Below the pieces are notes generated by a model, which did no database searches, was not told the DNA's origin, and saw nothing but the letters and a program-made list of their open reading frames with translations. The position numbers were made by a program, and so were the translations under genes. From Isurus oxyrinchus (Eukaryota), in the NCBI GenBank assembly GCA_026770705.1, contig JANJGN010000038.1, forward strand, positions 2,356,001 through 2,420,000: a DNA stretch of 64,000 nucleotides, read 5' to 3'. Below, in pieces: positions 53,181 through 64,000 of the stretch (position 1 is its first letter; the number at the start of each line of letters is the position of its first letter).

Positions 53181-55921
53181 AATAACACATATTGCATGTT
53201 AGCTTTCTCTAGATTGTGTACCCGAGCAGCCAAATTATGAAAATTTACAATTTTTACCAGTTTCTCGACTGTTTAAACGCTGGATGAGGATAGAATGAAA
53301 CTCGTCTGTGTTATTATCTCAGGGAAACTGAAGATTCTGGTGCAATATTAACACAGGGCTTTGATGCATGTTTAAATTAATATGTCAGATAATTCATAAA
53401 ATTAATGGTCCTGGCCTCCTATTTGGTGGCGATACTTGGATAATCAGCGCTGATTGTAAATGTAATTAAAGCCGTATCTTTTTCCACCCTTGCAGCTTGT
53501 TTTTCTTGCCTCCATAGCGGGGTGGGGGAAATGAGCTGTGTACGAGGTGCGTAGATGGCGGGTGGTCAGCAGTTGGGATGGGGATGGGTGAGTAGTTAAT
53601 GTGCTTTGCAGTCGGTTGGGGGTTGAATGGACGGGCGATGGCTAGTGAGAGCTGTGCAAGTGGATCGAGGGGAAGGCAATCGAGTCAGATTAGATATTCT
53701 GGGGTCAGTAGTTGGGGGTGTTGTGGGTTGTTGTGTGTGGGATGAATGTGGGAGTTCTGTAGGTGGGGGTTGGGCGTGCATGGGCTTTGCTTGAAAGTTA
53801 TTCACTGACACATGCTAGAAATTAATAGCGGGAAAATACTACGCCAAGCATCTGTCACACAACAGGCACAACAGTCCAACACTAAAGTCAGTATTGGAGT
53901 CATTGTTAGAGGGGCCTGGGCAATACAAATCTGCCCATCTGAAGTTTAAAGTTCATGGGAAATTACCATGCATGCTCCTGGATCAAGATTTCAGATCGGT
54001 CCTGATATGCAGAGCAGCAGACATTGCAATATTCACCACTGTTGGCATCAGGAGTTCCGGTTAATGATATAGTCAGTATTAATTTCACGGCAATGGACTC
54101 CAGACACTAGCTGCAGATAGAGGGAAATTACACAAGAGCGAAATGGAGATCAGGTCAAAGAAGGCTGGCTTAGGGTGAATAACAATAAAGAACACATTTT
54201 AAGAATTATCTTAAAGGATGATAAGTTTGTGGCGAGGACAAAGGATTTAGGAGGAAATTCAGAACATGAAACTCTTAATACTTCATTGTGGTCACCCATG
54301 CCAAAGGCTGCAGACATGTCGACAAAAGGGAGGAGAGGCAGCTCGACATTAGCAGAGTCACATAAGATATAATTTGTGCCTTTGCTAAGGACGGTGTAAG
54401 AGTTGTAATAAGGTAGAAAAATGGTTAGAAAGATTTAAGCATGGTGTCCCTGGAAGATGGGGCAGAAACGTGGGGGGTAGCAGCAGGGACAAGGAATTTG
54501 TAGAGGAAAGAGAGGTTAGAGATGGAGTGTTTGCTTACAAAGACTGAGGCAACAGGGGTTGCTTATTTACAAGGGCAGGGGTAATGACTACAGAATGGAG
54601 CAGCAAAGAACAGTGGCTAAGCAGATGGAACTATTAACTATATCAGCAACTGAGGAACATGATGAGGAAGTTCGGTGTTCAGCAGTTTGGTGGGAGTACG
54701 GTGAACCAGTCCGCACCAGCAGCCACCCCTCCACCCACACCCTACACCATGCCTCCCACCAACCCAATCAAACGCCTGGAAATCTCACATCTGAAACATA
54801 ATGGAATGCTCACTACTCATCAGTATGGTTATCAGAGCAACACCCAATAAGCAGAATCCCCTTCAATAATTGAATAGATTTTCCATCAGTGTCCGTCCAT
54901 CATTAAACTTGCTATTTCTCCACCTCCACCTCTGTGGATGAAGGAAGAATGTCTACAGAATCAACTACAACAACACACCGGGGCTACTTCGACAGCACGT
55001 ACCAGCACAGCAAAATGCAGAAGGTGTGCAATGCCGTGAGATTGACCTTCTCTAACGCACCATCCTGACTTGGAACGGTAACATCTCCCTTCATCAGCGT
55101 TCCGGAATTCCCTAACAGCAGTTAGGAGCACAGTCAGCAGAGGGAATACTTCAGCTCAGCAAGAAGACTCAGCACCAACTTCTCAGCTCACTTCCGGATG
55201 GGTAATAAATGGAAGTTTGTCACAAGCATCCATTTCCCAAGGACACATTTTGAAAAAAAAACTTTGAGAGGGGGATAATGATTTGCAGCTCTAAATAACG
55301 TCATGCAGAGACAAGGGAAGGGAATTAGGTCTGTGGACAGAAATGGGAACGGAGCCAATTGTTGGTGAGGGGAGCAAATATTGTTGAACAATTATTACAT
55401 TTTAAATTCTCTCCTAAATATCTAAATTTGGTTATTGTTAGGCAAAGCGGGAGATGGTGGAACGGAATTTGCCTGGAGCTGAATTATTATGTGAGATCTT
55501 CCCTCGTTCCTGTCTGCCCTAATTTCCGCAGATCAGTGCAAATTACTATCTGCGTCGCACTGCAAAACCAATACCTGCGCAACATATTCTGCTCAGATAT
55601 TGGGGTTCAGTTTAAACAGCAGACTGCAGCTGTTCAATAGCTATAATTCATCACTAATATTTATTGCATAAAATATTATACCAGCCAAATTCTGAAGAAA
55701 AAAATCATTTGAAGCAAGTCTTGAGATATACAAACGGTCCAATGAACTGTGAACAGTGAATCAGCAACTGCTGAAATGCTACTTCACAGAAGCACAGGGC
55801 ATTACATGTCACAGGACACAAGAATTACAGAGAATAAAATTAATTAACTTACGTTAAGGGCAAGGACAACAAACATGGTGAAAGATGTTTTATAAAATAA
55901 GTTTCTAAAATAATCACTCAC

Positions 55922-56018
55922 CAGAAATGCCAACAGCAGCGAGGAGCGGATAGTAAATCGTTTGCAAATCATAAATCACCCAGACAATCCGAAGTTCAGT
56001 TGGAATTTCAAAGAACAT
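55922..56018 (-). CDS. GPR139-like GPCR copy F, exon 1 (MFFEIPTELRIVWVIYDLQTIYYPLLAAVGIS)
   Basis: IYYPLLAA motif and phase-1 donor G|gtgagt, joining in frame to 50660 (GGG AAC). 5261-bp intron. The start is uncertain; the first in-frame ATG was used. Confidence 0.82.
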
Positions 56019-56281
56019 GATCTCATTTGCTGTGAGATCCAATGATCGCTGTTTATACTGGCGACCACACTCTGTCAAACACTGATATACACATTGAAAA
56101 CATTGCCTAGATATAGGCGGAGGAGAGTCCTGGTGATTCAATTAAACAATACACTGGCTGGCATTAATTACAGTCACTTAACAAACAAGATGCCTTAACC
56201 CTTTCATCCCATCACTTTGTATGGAAAAAATATACTAAAAACTACATGGCATTCCTGTCAAGATAATTTATTCAAAGCAAG

Positions 56282-56293
56282 CACGTGACGTCA
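56282..56293. promoter_or_regulatory. Overlapping E-box (CACGTG) and full CRE (TGACGTCA)
   Basis: cacgtgacgtca about 265 bp upstream of the copy F ATG. Motif match only. Confidence 0.35.
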
Positions 56294-56599
56294 GCCACTT
56301 TTGTGATAAACAGGTTATGGAATTCTGCAGGCTTGCAGCACAGATAAGAAAAGAAAAACAGACTCAAATCCAGAGCTTTGATTATTCCGGAGATAAAATG
56401 CTGCCAAACAATTTCATGGTTTCAATTAATTTCTCAGGGGATGAACACAAGTGCCAGAGTATGGTCAGAAGCAGTAACTGTCCAAAAGGATGCATAGTTG
56501 ATCATTGTCTAGTGATCAGAAAGGGAAATAGTAGACTGATGATTTGAAACTGCTTGGTTTAACAGTAAACGTAAAACTGATGCTATGGATCAACAATTA

Positions 56600-57160
56600 C
56601 CATGGAAATGATATGAGAGTTTAACTTTAAAGCTGACCTGGAAAATGATGCCCCGTTGTAACTAAACCCTGTAATTGAAATCCATGGAATATTAGTGTCC
56701 ATGTGAATGACACTACACAATCTAAAATGACTTTGTACCTGATACCACGGACTTACAGTGACCATGCAACTAATACCTGGTCATACAGTGCTCATTTGAA
56801 TTATGCATAGGTCCATCAGTGGGCTTCCTACAGATACTGTTGTCAAACGGTGACCATGGGATTGAAATGTGGTATCCTATTCGCCTTGTACCCGAAACTT
56901 CGCTGTAACTGATAATCGAGTACAACAGTGACGTTGTAACTGATATCCCAATCTTACATTGACCATGTACATGACATTCCAGTCTATCAGTGCTATTCTA
57001 ACTGATAATTCAGTCTAACAGTGGCTTTGTACCGGATACCCCAATTTGAACGTGAATATGTACCTGACGCCCCGGTCTAACTCTGACCTTGGAACTGGTA
57101 TACCAGTTTAATAGTAAATTTGTACCTGATACTGCGGTGAAAAATTCACCTTCTGTTACC
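56600..57160. repeat. 31-bp degenerate minisatellite
   Basis: Units such as gtaactgatatcccaatcttacattgaccat repeat at 31-bp spacing, clearest at 56905-57150. Confidence 0.85.
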
Positions 57161-58169
57161 CATGGCTAGTGTCATAACTCAGCTGATTTTCAATCCAATT
57201 GTTAGTTTTAGGAATTAAAGATTTAACTGTAGGCAGAGGGGATATCTGGTGGCAAAAACTGGTAAAAGCAGCCGTAAATTAAATGCAATTTAACCAACTT
57301 TGAAGTTTATTATTCTTAAAAGTTTGGAGCCATGTTGACCTAAGAGGCTCACAGCTAAAATTACAAGATCATGATAATGTGGGCGCTTTTAATTAGCTAA
57401 GGACAAGGAGGCAGGACCTTTGAAGTTATTCCAGTAAATAAAAAGCTTGTTACGTAGTTTCCCAAGATTAAGGTAAGTTTTGGAGCTAACAGGTAGTTAA
57501 ATTGCATTTCTCAGTGGTAACAGACCTTGTGTATCACTTGAGGATCGGTGAAGCTCAGTTGAGATTTTAGAACAAGGTGGAGTGAAGGAAACGTATTTGT
57601 CATCAGAATTCAGTTCAAATTCTGGGTGTTTGCTTAAAGAATTAAATCTTTTGTCATCTTCAGAGTTTTTTCAACGCTGATTTAAATGTCTGGAATGGCC
57701 AAGCTAAGGGAGCAGAGAAGGAATGATTTATAGATACACCCCTCCATAGTCGGAGATGACCACAGCAAGGGGACCCCTGGCTGGAGGCCGCTACGTCGCC
57801 AGAGACAGCGATGTTGAAAGGTGTGGGGGTCCTCTGCCAGTCCGTGGCCTCTCAATGTTGTTACGGGCTGCCTTCTCCTGAAAGCACAGAGGAGCATTCA
57901 TTAGTCCACATCCAACATGCAGCGCCATTACAGCCTGGCGAACCCCAGCATTGGGGCGCCTTGCAGGCCACATCCATATCATGGCCGGTGATTCGCATGG
58001 CACTCAGTCAAAGCAGCCAAAACTCAGCAACTTGGCCTGAGCCGGAGTGATTGACAGTTAGGACTCAGGTCCTGACACGCTGAACTGCAAGGGGAGGGCG
58101 GCTAGTTCAAAACAATTCCACACACTGACTGATGCCAACACAGCAATCATCTTTTCCGAGTGTAGCAGG

Positions 58170-58690
58170 TCAATCAAACGCCTCTGGAACTGCACCCAGG
58201 TATGCATTATGGCTGTTCACCGAGGCTGCCACTTCCTCCCAATGCTTCTTTGTGAGGTTTGGAGGTGTCCTCCTTCCATCTCTTCGGACAAGGGTGTCCC
58301 TTCCGGCAGCCACGCCCTCCATGAGGTCAGCGAGGCACACCTCAGTAAAACTGGGGGCCGAGTGCCCAAACAACATGCCCTCCCGCCTGGTGTTTGCTGC
58401 CGCACAGGAGTCTATCTTTGCAACAGCAGACAGACGTCATTCTCCAGCAGCCTTCCTGGGGCTGCCTGGGCCGTTTTCAAACTGGCGGCCGGATCGCCAT
58501 TGGACCCGGTGGCCGAGAGGCTCCCATTCCCGCTCGGCCCCTCCAACCTGTCACCAGCTGAGTTTCACGCGGGGTGGCCCTTAATTGACCTGCCAGCGTG
58601 AAATCGCTTTCCGGCCCTGTTCACGGGCTGGCAGTCGCGTTCCGGAAAGCTCCTGTCCACCTCTCTGTGCCCGCCCGATGAGGACAAAAC
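58170..58690 (-). mobile_element. PIF/Harbinger-type transposon fragment encoding a Myb/SANT-like domain
   Basis: APSFTEVCLADLMEGVAAGRDTLVRRDGRRTPPNLTKKHWEEVAASVNS resembles the Harbinger Myb-like protein N-terminus. GC-rich terminal region at 58450-58690. Confidence 0.65.
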
Positions 58691-60404
58691 TCCTCCCTTT
58701 GACCTAGTGGCCATTGGTAAAACCCCCATCTCTTTCATCATAAACTGCACTGTCTATAGCGTGATGGAGAATTGAGAGTTTAATTTGAGTCCATTTTGCT
58801 TTGGAAATGGGTTCAGACTTCGTGACCTGCTGAGAAACCTATAAGTCCACACCTGGGCTGTGTAATTAGCCTGCCATGTGTGCAGGAGAGAATTCACCTA
58901 CTGTCCAACCTGCTGAGATTCTAGTGGCTCTATGCAGACCAAGCGATGAGGCTTAATTGCTTAATCACCATTTAGATCCAAGTTCACTCACACGTTCCAC
59001 CAATGAAGGCATAATTGCATTCAGGTACAGTAAGAGCAAGAACTGCCCCTCCTCAATACTGTCTCATACATACAACCACACCGGTGAGTAGCTGTTACCC
59101 ACTCCCAATGACTTCAATCTTCCATTTCACTTGGTGACTCATTGACACAGCGATACCAAAGAGTGGACATGCAACAGTCCGGGCTGTGGCCAGGCGTTAC
59201 TTTCTGCTTATGCACTAGAGTATTCACATTGTTAAGAGGTCAAATATCTGTTTGGCGTTTCTGTGGGATTTCAACCAGCAAATATCACTGCGAAAGGGAT
59301 ATCATGCACCTGTTCCAGCTCTGAGATGGGCTGTGCATAGTTGCCCTTCACAATGAGACACGAACGTCCTTGAGTAATGGGGGGAGAGCACTGGAATATA
59401 TAGATATATTTTTTCAGAATATCTCTTAGAGAGAAAAAAATGCCTGATCTATAATTTACATCATTATATGACTCTAGAAAAAGAGGATATAGAACGTTTT
59501 GAAAATTGACTCATGGGAATTTGAAGTCCTTCCTGTGCTGTTAGGTCACTATTGTGTCACATAGTTTGAGCTATCGAAGTCTTAGAGCAATTTCGGACCT
59601 CAATTGGTTGCTTATCGAAAATATTACAATAGCTTCCAGAAAGAAACAGAATTGGCATCGAATTTGCAAACACGAAAATAGTTTCAAGCCCCTGGAAGAG
59701 TAACGATTGGTGTTTAGAATTAAAATTATTCTAGGATCTATCCAGTTTACTATATTTATTTTTGAGTGACATGAGTTGAAAGATGCTGTTCAGAGTCTGG
59801 AGATTTGCAAGCATTTTTAAATTATGTAAATTGAGGATTTCCCTCACCATCCATTGCTCCTTGTTCATGCCTGTACTGGTATCTTCTATTAAACTAACTT
59901 AGCCAGCCGTCACGTGTAGCTAATTGTGGACACAGATGTGACTGGCAACTGATCAGTCACTGGACCAAAGAGTAATAGATAGTCGTTGAGCAGGTGACCT
60001 TGATATTCATCACCAAGCGGTATATAAAAGATCAACTTAATACTGTTGTGTGTGCCTTCTGAAATGTTAGGCATAAAAGCCTGTGTTTGGGGATCCTTAT
60101 GGTCTTGGTAACTGCTTGAATGTAAACGTTTGTTAAGTGAATATGAACCTGAACTGTTTGAGGGAACAACTGCAGCGCCACCACTAGCGATACACGGTGG
60201 TGGTGGTATCACGGGTGTATGAGCAATGTTTACTCCCCTCCTCCTTGCACCCTGACAGTGTTGTTGGGTTCTCCATTTTGATAGACTGTGCATTAATAAA
60301 ATAAGTCAAAATAGCAGCCAATGTTCTTGCAGTTTGTCCGCCTCTATTTCCATTTAAAACGACATAAAATATATACAGATACATACGTGTTGATGTCGAA
60401 ATGC

Positions 60405-60520
60405 ATGTGGTTGTGTGGGTACGTGCGTGTTTGCGTGTGTGCAAGTGCGCCGATGTGTGTACGTGTGTGTGTTTGTTTGTGTAGCCTCTTTGACAAGTGC
60501 CTGTGCGCATGCCTGCCTGT
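60405..60520. repeat. Degenerate (TG)n microsatellite
   Basis: gtgtgggtacgtgcgtgtttgcgtgtgtg... Confidence 0.7.
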
Positions 60521-62129
60521 GTTATTATAGTTCAGATCTTCAACATTTTTTTTGACCAAGAGTCTGTTTATCTCCGCCTTGATGCCAGGTTATTTTAATC
60601 TGGCTCTTCCTATGCAAGGAGGTGGGAATGTGACACATAAGTTTTCGTTTAACGTTTTGTGGTCTACGGTTAAACTATGTCATCAAGTAGCAGATGACAA
60701 GATTCACTGGAGCAGGAAGCATGATTTATGCTGCCTGAGAGTAACTGAGAGCTGTTAATTACCTTTGATCATAGATCCGTTGGTTTCTCTGACAATAAAC
60801 TAAGAAGCGGGTATCCAACGACCCCTCCAGCTTGCAGCAGTTATAATCATTCAAAGGATTTCATTATAATTGTTTAACTTCCTTAACTTCTCCTTGCGCT
60901 TTTAGAACATAAAAAATTAAACATCTTATTGATCGGAGAATGCTTACAGGCCTGATTCTTTGTTCCAAATTTCTGTGAATTTCATGCTGTACGAGTGAAA
61001 TTTTAACAGAGCAGAAGTTGAAAATTCAAAAGACCTTTACATCTCCTGGATCTTCATCAAGCATCGTAAATACATGGAAAGAAAAAATCACGTTTATATC
61101 TCTTTCTTAAGATGTTATTTAAACAGATTCTGTATTTTCCTCTAACTCTATCACTAGATTAAAGGAGTGACTATACTTCACTAGATACGCCCTTGTCGTT
61201 AAGCAACCTGGGACACTCTGAACTATTGAAGGACTTTATATAATTTCAGAAGGTGCTGTCTCCCAGTAACTATGAATGAATAATGAGATGGAATTGTGAA
61301 ATGAATGTACAGCTTCTTTCCACTAATTGTCAGTTTCTATGCCTGTTTCCCTTTCCTTTGTCTAGGACTCTCCTTCAATTTATCTCTGTCTATTTGACTC
61401 TGTCTCTATCCTTAGCTCTTTTTTTTCTCATTTGCTCGCCTTGATCTCTCTGTGTGATGAATATTCTCGCTCTTGCTCTGGTTAATTAGGCCAGGGTTGT
61501 TTCTTGATCGATTATTGCTCTGACATGGAATTCATAGCTGTGCAATGGATTAGCTCCGATTCAATACAATGAAGACTAAATCTATCCCTCACTTTTAATT
61601 CAGTACTCGGAGGAACATAGTGTTTTTTTCAGTTGCCATTTTGTATCTATAGCTCTCTGTCAGTCTTCGAATTAAATACGTACAGAGAGAAAGGGAAAAG
61701 CCAAAAATATGCAGGAGAACAACGTCTTTATGTTTTTTTTTCTCAGTTCAAACTGGTTAAAAACAAAGACTAATCAACAGTGTTTGTGAAGCCGTCGCAA
61801 GAGGTTTGGATAAGGAGTGTAACGAAGCTTTGCTGCAAATATATAAGATTTTGCTAACAACACATTTGGAGAACTGTGCTCAGTTTTGGTCCACCTAACT
61901 GGGGCTGGGTAGCTCTGCCATAGATTGGTGCAACCAGATTCACCAGTCTCATTACAGCACGGAGCCGGAAAGGAGGGGAGGGGGGCGCTGTGGTGGCGGG
62001 GTTGGGGGGGGGGCGGAATGGTGGGGGCGGGGAGGGAGGCATTCGACATACACAGTCTTTGCCGGACCTCCGGAGAGCAAACCAGTTAGATCAGCAATAT
62101 CATCTTCATCTTCTTCTTCATCATCATGA

Positions 62130-62385
62130 GAACCGAGTCAGCCTGAACCTATCAGGGTCAAGCTGTCTGGCTTAAATTTCAAACAATTCTTGGCAGTTAA
62201 CTGTCCTTCGCCATAGGTGGTGCATTATTCAGGGAAATGCCACTTGCCAACCAATCATCATTCTCCTCACATACAGTATAAATTGTGCTCCCCCCTCCCA
62301 TGTATTTTTATTCTTGCAAGTTTCCTGATGAGTGCAGGGTGATAAGCTGAGACCTGTCTCTTTTTCAGAAATACTCAAGTTCTGT
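62130..62385 (+). mobile_element. Penelope-like 3' tail with a degenerate hammerhead core
   Basis: Homologous to 37650-37915. cCTGATGAgtgcagggtgataagct at 62324-62348. Confidence 0.6.
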
Positions 62386-63269
62386 CCGAACAAAAACCAA
62401 AGTGTATTCTTTCTGCATTGAATAACAATGCGCAGTGTTGATTGTTATATGAGTGTCCATGACACCAATGTTATATTGGTTTCCATCACACAACTTGCAT
62501 CTGGTAAGGAACAGCATTTATTGGAGTCAATGAAATATTAAAGATCAATTGTGTCTATTAACTAACAAATGCCATTGATGTACCTCGATATTGAGGCCGG
62601 GCTATAGATATGAATTTGGATTTTTTAAATTTTGATTCGTTGCCTTTGTTTGTCTGCCCCACCCCTGCCAGCATCGCACCTATCGGCTGGTGGAAGACAT
62701 CAAACTGAGGAAACTTCCATTTGCAATTTTTGTGTTGTTTGTAAATCTCGGAGTCATACTCATGTGCAGCTAAACGTGGTGGTAGGATGTAACAAATGTC
62801 TTGAATATACATCACATACTTCCGTACAGCATGGAATTCTGACACAGGATACAACTTCAACATGTCTTCTGATCGCCAGTGTGTCTCCTGGACAAGAATA
62901 ATATTCGTCAAAGTGTTCCTTTTCCTCATAAATGTTCAACCAAGTAAGTATTTCATGCGATTGTAACGCTTTTATTTTGTTAACTGTATTGTTATTTTTC
63001 CTCCAATTTTTCTTCACTCCATTGGTGAAGTCAGCTTCCTCGACTTCGCTCACTGGTCAGTGAGTGTTCGTACAGTATCTAAATTAGTCACAAGCTGACC
63101 TGTCACTGTCTCAGCGGGCCGGAGAAGGGCTTCTCTATTTCCAGCAGAAACGGTAGCCTTGGCTGAACACTGCCAGAAGGAAATTACACCGATGATGGCC
63201 TGGGATCAGTTAACTGAGGGGTGAAATCGCTGAAGCTCCCTGTTTTTGTTGTTGTCGTTCACACTCGAA

Positions 63270-63306
63270 ATGCAGTCAACCGTTGTATTGAAGGGAATGA
63301 TTTAAC
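63270..63306 (+). pseudogene. Leader exon of the TCR V segment, with an in-frame TAA
   Basis: ATGCAGTCAACCGTTGTATTGAAGGGAATGATTTAAC|gtgag = MQSTVVLKGMI*. Phase-1 donor and a 106-bp intron to the V exon. Confidence 0.65.
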
Positions 63307-63412
63307 GTGAGCCCGTGTGTGTGCGCGTGTGCGTGTGCATTGGAAAGCCTATTTTGTCCAAATGAAAAAAATCTAAAAGTTGCATTGATAACATTCTGTT
63401 ATTGTTTTCCAG

Positions 63413-63720
63413 AATACGGCCAACAGGAGAGACTTTCCCAAACACCCTCAATTGTAGCAGTGAGTGAAGGTGATACTGCGGTGTTGTCCTGTATCTACCC
63501 AGCGACATACACAGCTGCTTACCTATTCTGGTACGTACAGTACTCGGGAAAAGGCCTTCAGTATATGCTGCTCAGACACACGGCTGGGAATGAAGAGAAT
63601 GCACCAGCTTTTGCAAAGCGCTTTTCAGCCGTACAGGATAGGAGCAACACAAACATCCCTTTGAACATCACAGACACCCAGCTCTCTGACTCAGCCGTGT
63701 ATTACTGCGCGGCTATGAAG
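63413..63720 (+). CDS. T-cell receptor alpha/delta variable gene segment (V exon open; leader defective)
   Basis: Acceptor ttttccag|aa. Encodes YGQQERLSQTPSIVAVSEGDTAVLSC..YLFWYVQYSGKGLQYML..RFSA..LNITDTQLSDSAVYYCAAMK, with canonical Ig V-set Cys/Trp/Cys residues and TCR alpha/delta-like frameworks. Confidence 0.92.
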
Positions 63721-63759
63721 CACCATGTTACATAAATCCTTACCACTGGTACAAAAACT
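63721..63759 (+). other. V(D)J recombination signal sequence, 23-bp spacer
   Basis: Heptamer CACCATG (63721-63727), 23-nt spacer, nonamer ACAAAAACT (63751-63759). Confidence 0.92.
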
Positions 63760-63837
63760 ATCAGCTCCAGTTGTTGTGAATTCTCTGAATTCCCTGCTTC
63801 AATCAGCCGTCACACTGCTGTTATTCCTTTACAGATT

Positions 63838-64000
63838 TGTGGATCAGTGGTGGCACTCAGGCCTCAGAATCAGAAAATGTTATTTTAAGTCCCAGTCTGG
63901 AGATTGTGTTTTTAATGTAGACTGGCATTTTGGTGTACACCTGTGGGAGCTTTCGAATGTATTGTACTGAAGCACGGTTTGCTTCCTCTGTTACACATAA
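63838..64000 (+). mobile_element. tRNA-derived SINE head (degenerate)
   Basis: gtggatcagtggtggcactc..cctcagaatcagaaa..ttttaagtccca shows a tRNA-like A/B box arrangement. Similar heads occur at ~19360-19430 and (minus) ~25170-25200 and ~27080-27110. Confidence 0.5.

Noticed and set aside
17969-56018. Assigning the gene symbol GPR139 to copies B or F
   Set aside because: They are lineage-expanded paralogs (DRF motif, divergent termini), and orthology cannot be shown without a phylogeny.
57170-57900. Possible solo LTR
   Set aside because: No paired terminus, TSD or second copy could be identified.
62764-62863. Orphan GPCR exon-1-like stretch on the minus strand (MLKLYP..YIQDICYILPPRLAA)
   Set aside because: Only weak similarity to IYYP.LAA, the donor would be AT rather than GT, and there is no unpaired exon 2 nearby.

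Overview
Repeat-rich vertebrate genomic DNA, most likely from a cartilaginous fish (shark); this is inferred from the gene content, the IgH transmembrane sequence and the CR1/Penelope/SINE landscape. The main content is a cluster of two-exon GPR139/GPR142-like class A GPCR genes. Two copies are intact (17969-20195 minus; 49759-56018 minus), two are nearly intact with disabling lesions (809-3949 plus; 34193-36556 plus), and three are degraded pieces (23.2-26.3 kb). The cluster was shaped by a ~7-kb inverted duplication and a ~1.9-kb tandem duplication. Antigen-receptor relics are interleaved with the GPCRs: orphan immunoglobulin heavy-chain transmembrane exons TM1/TM2 (45325-45601), a second TM2 plus 3'UTR relic (~9.4-10.4 kb), and a T-cell receptor V-alpha/delta segment with a 23-bp RSS but a stop codon in its leader (63270-63759). 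The remainder is CR1 and L2-group LINE fragments, Penelope-like elements (some forming small palindromes with hammerhead-like cores), SINEs, a Harbinger Myb fragment and minisatellites. All alignments were made by eye, and repeat boundaries are approximate.
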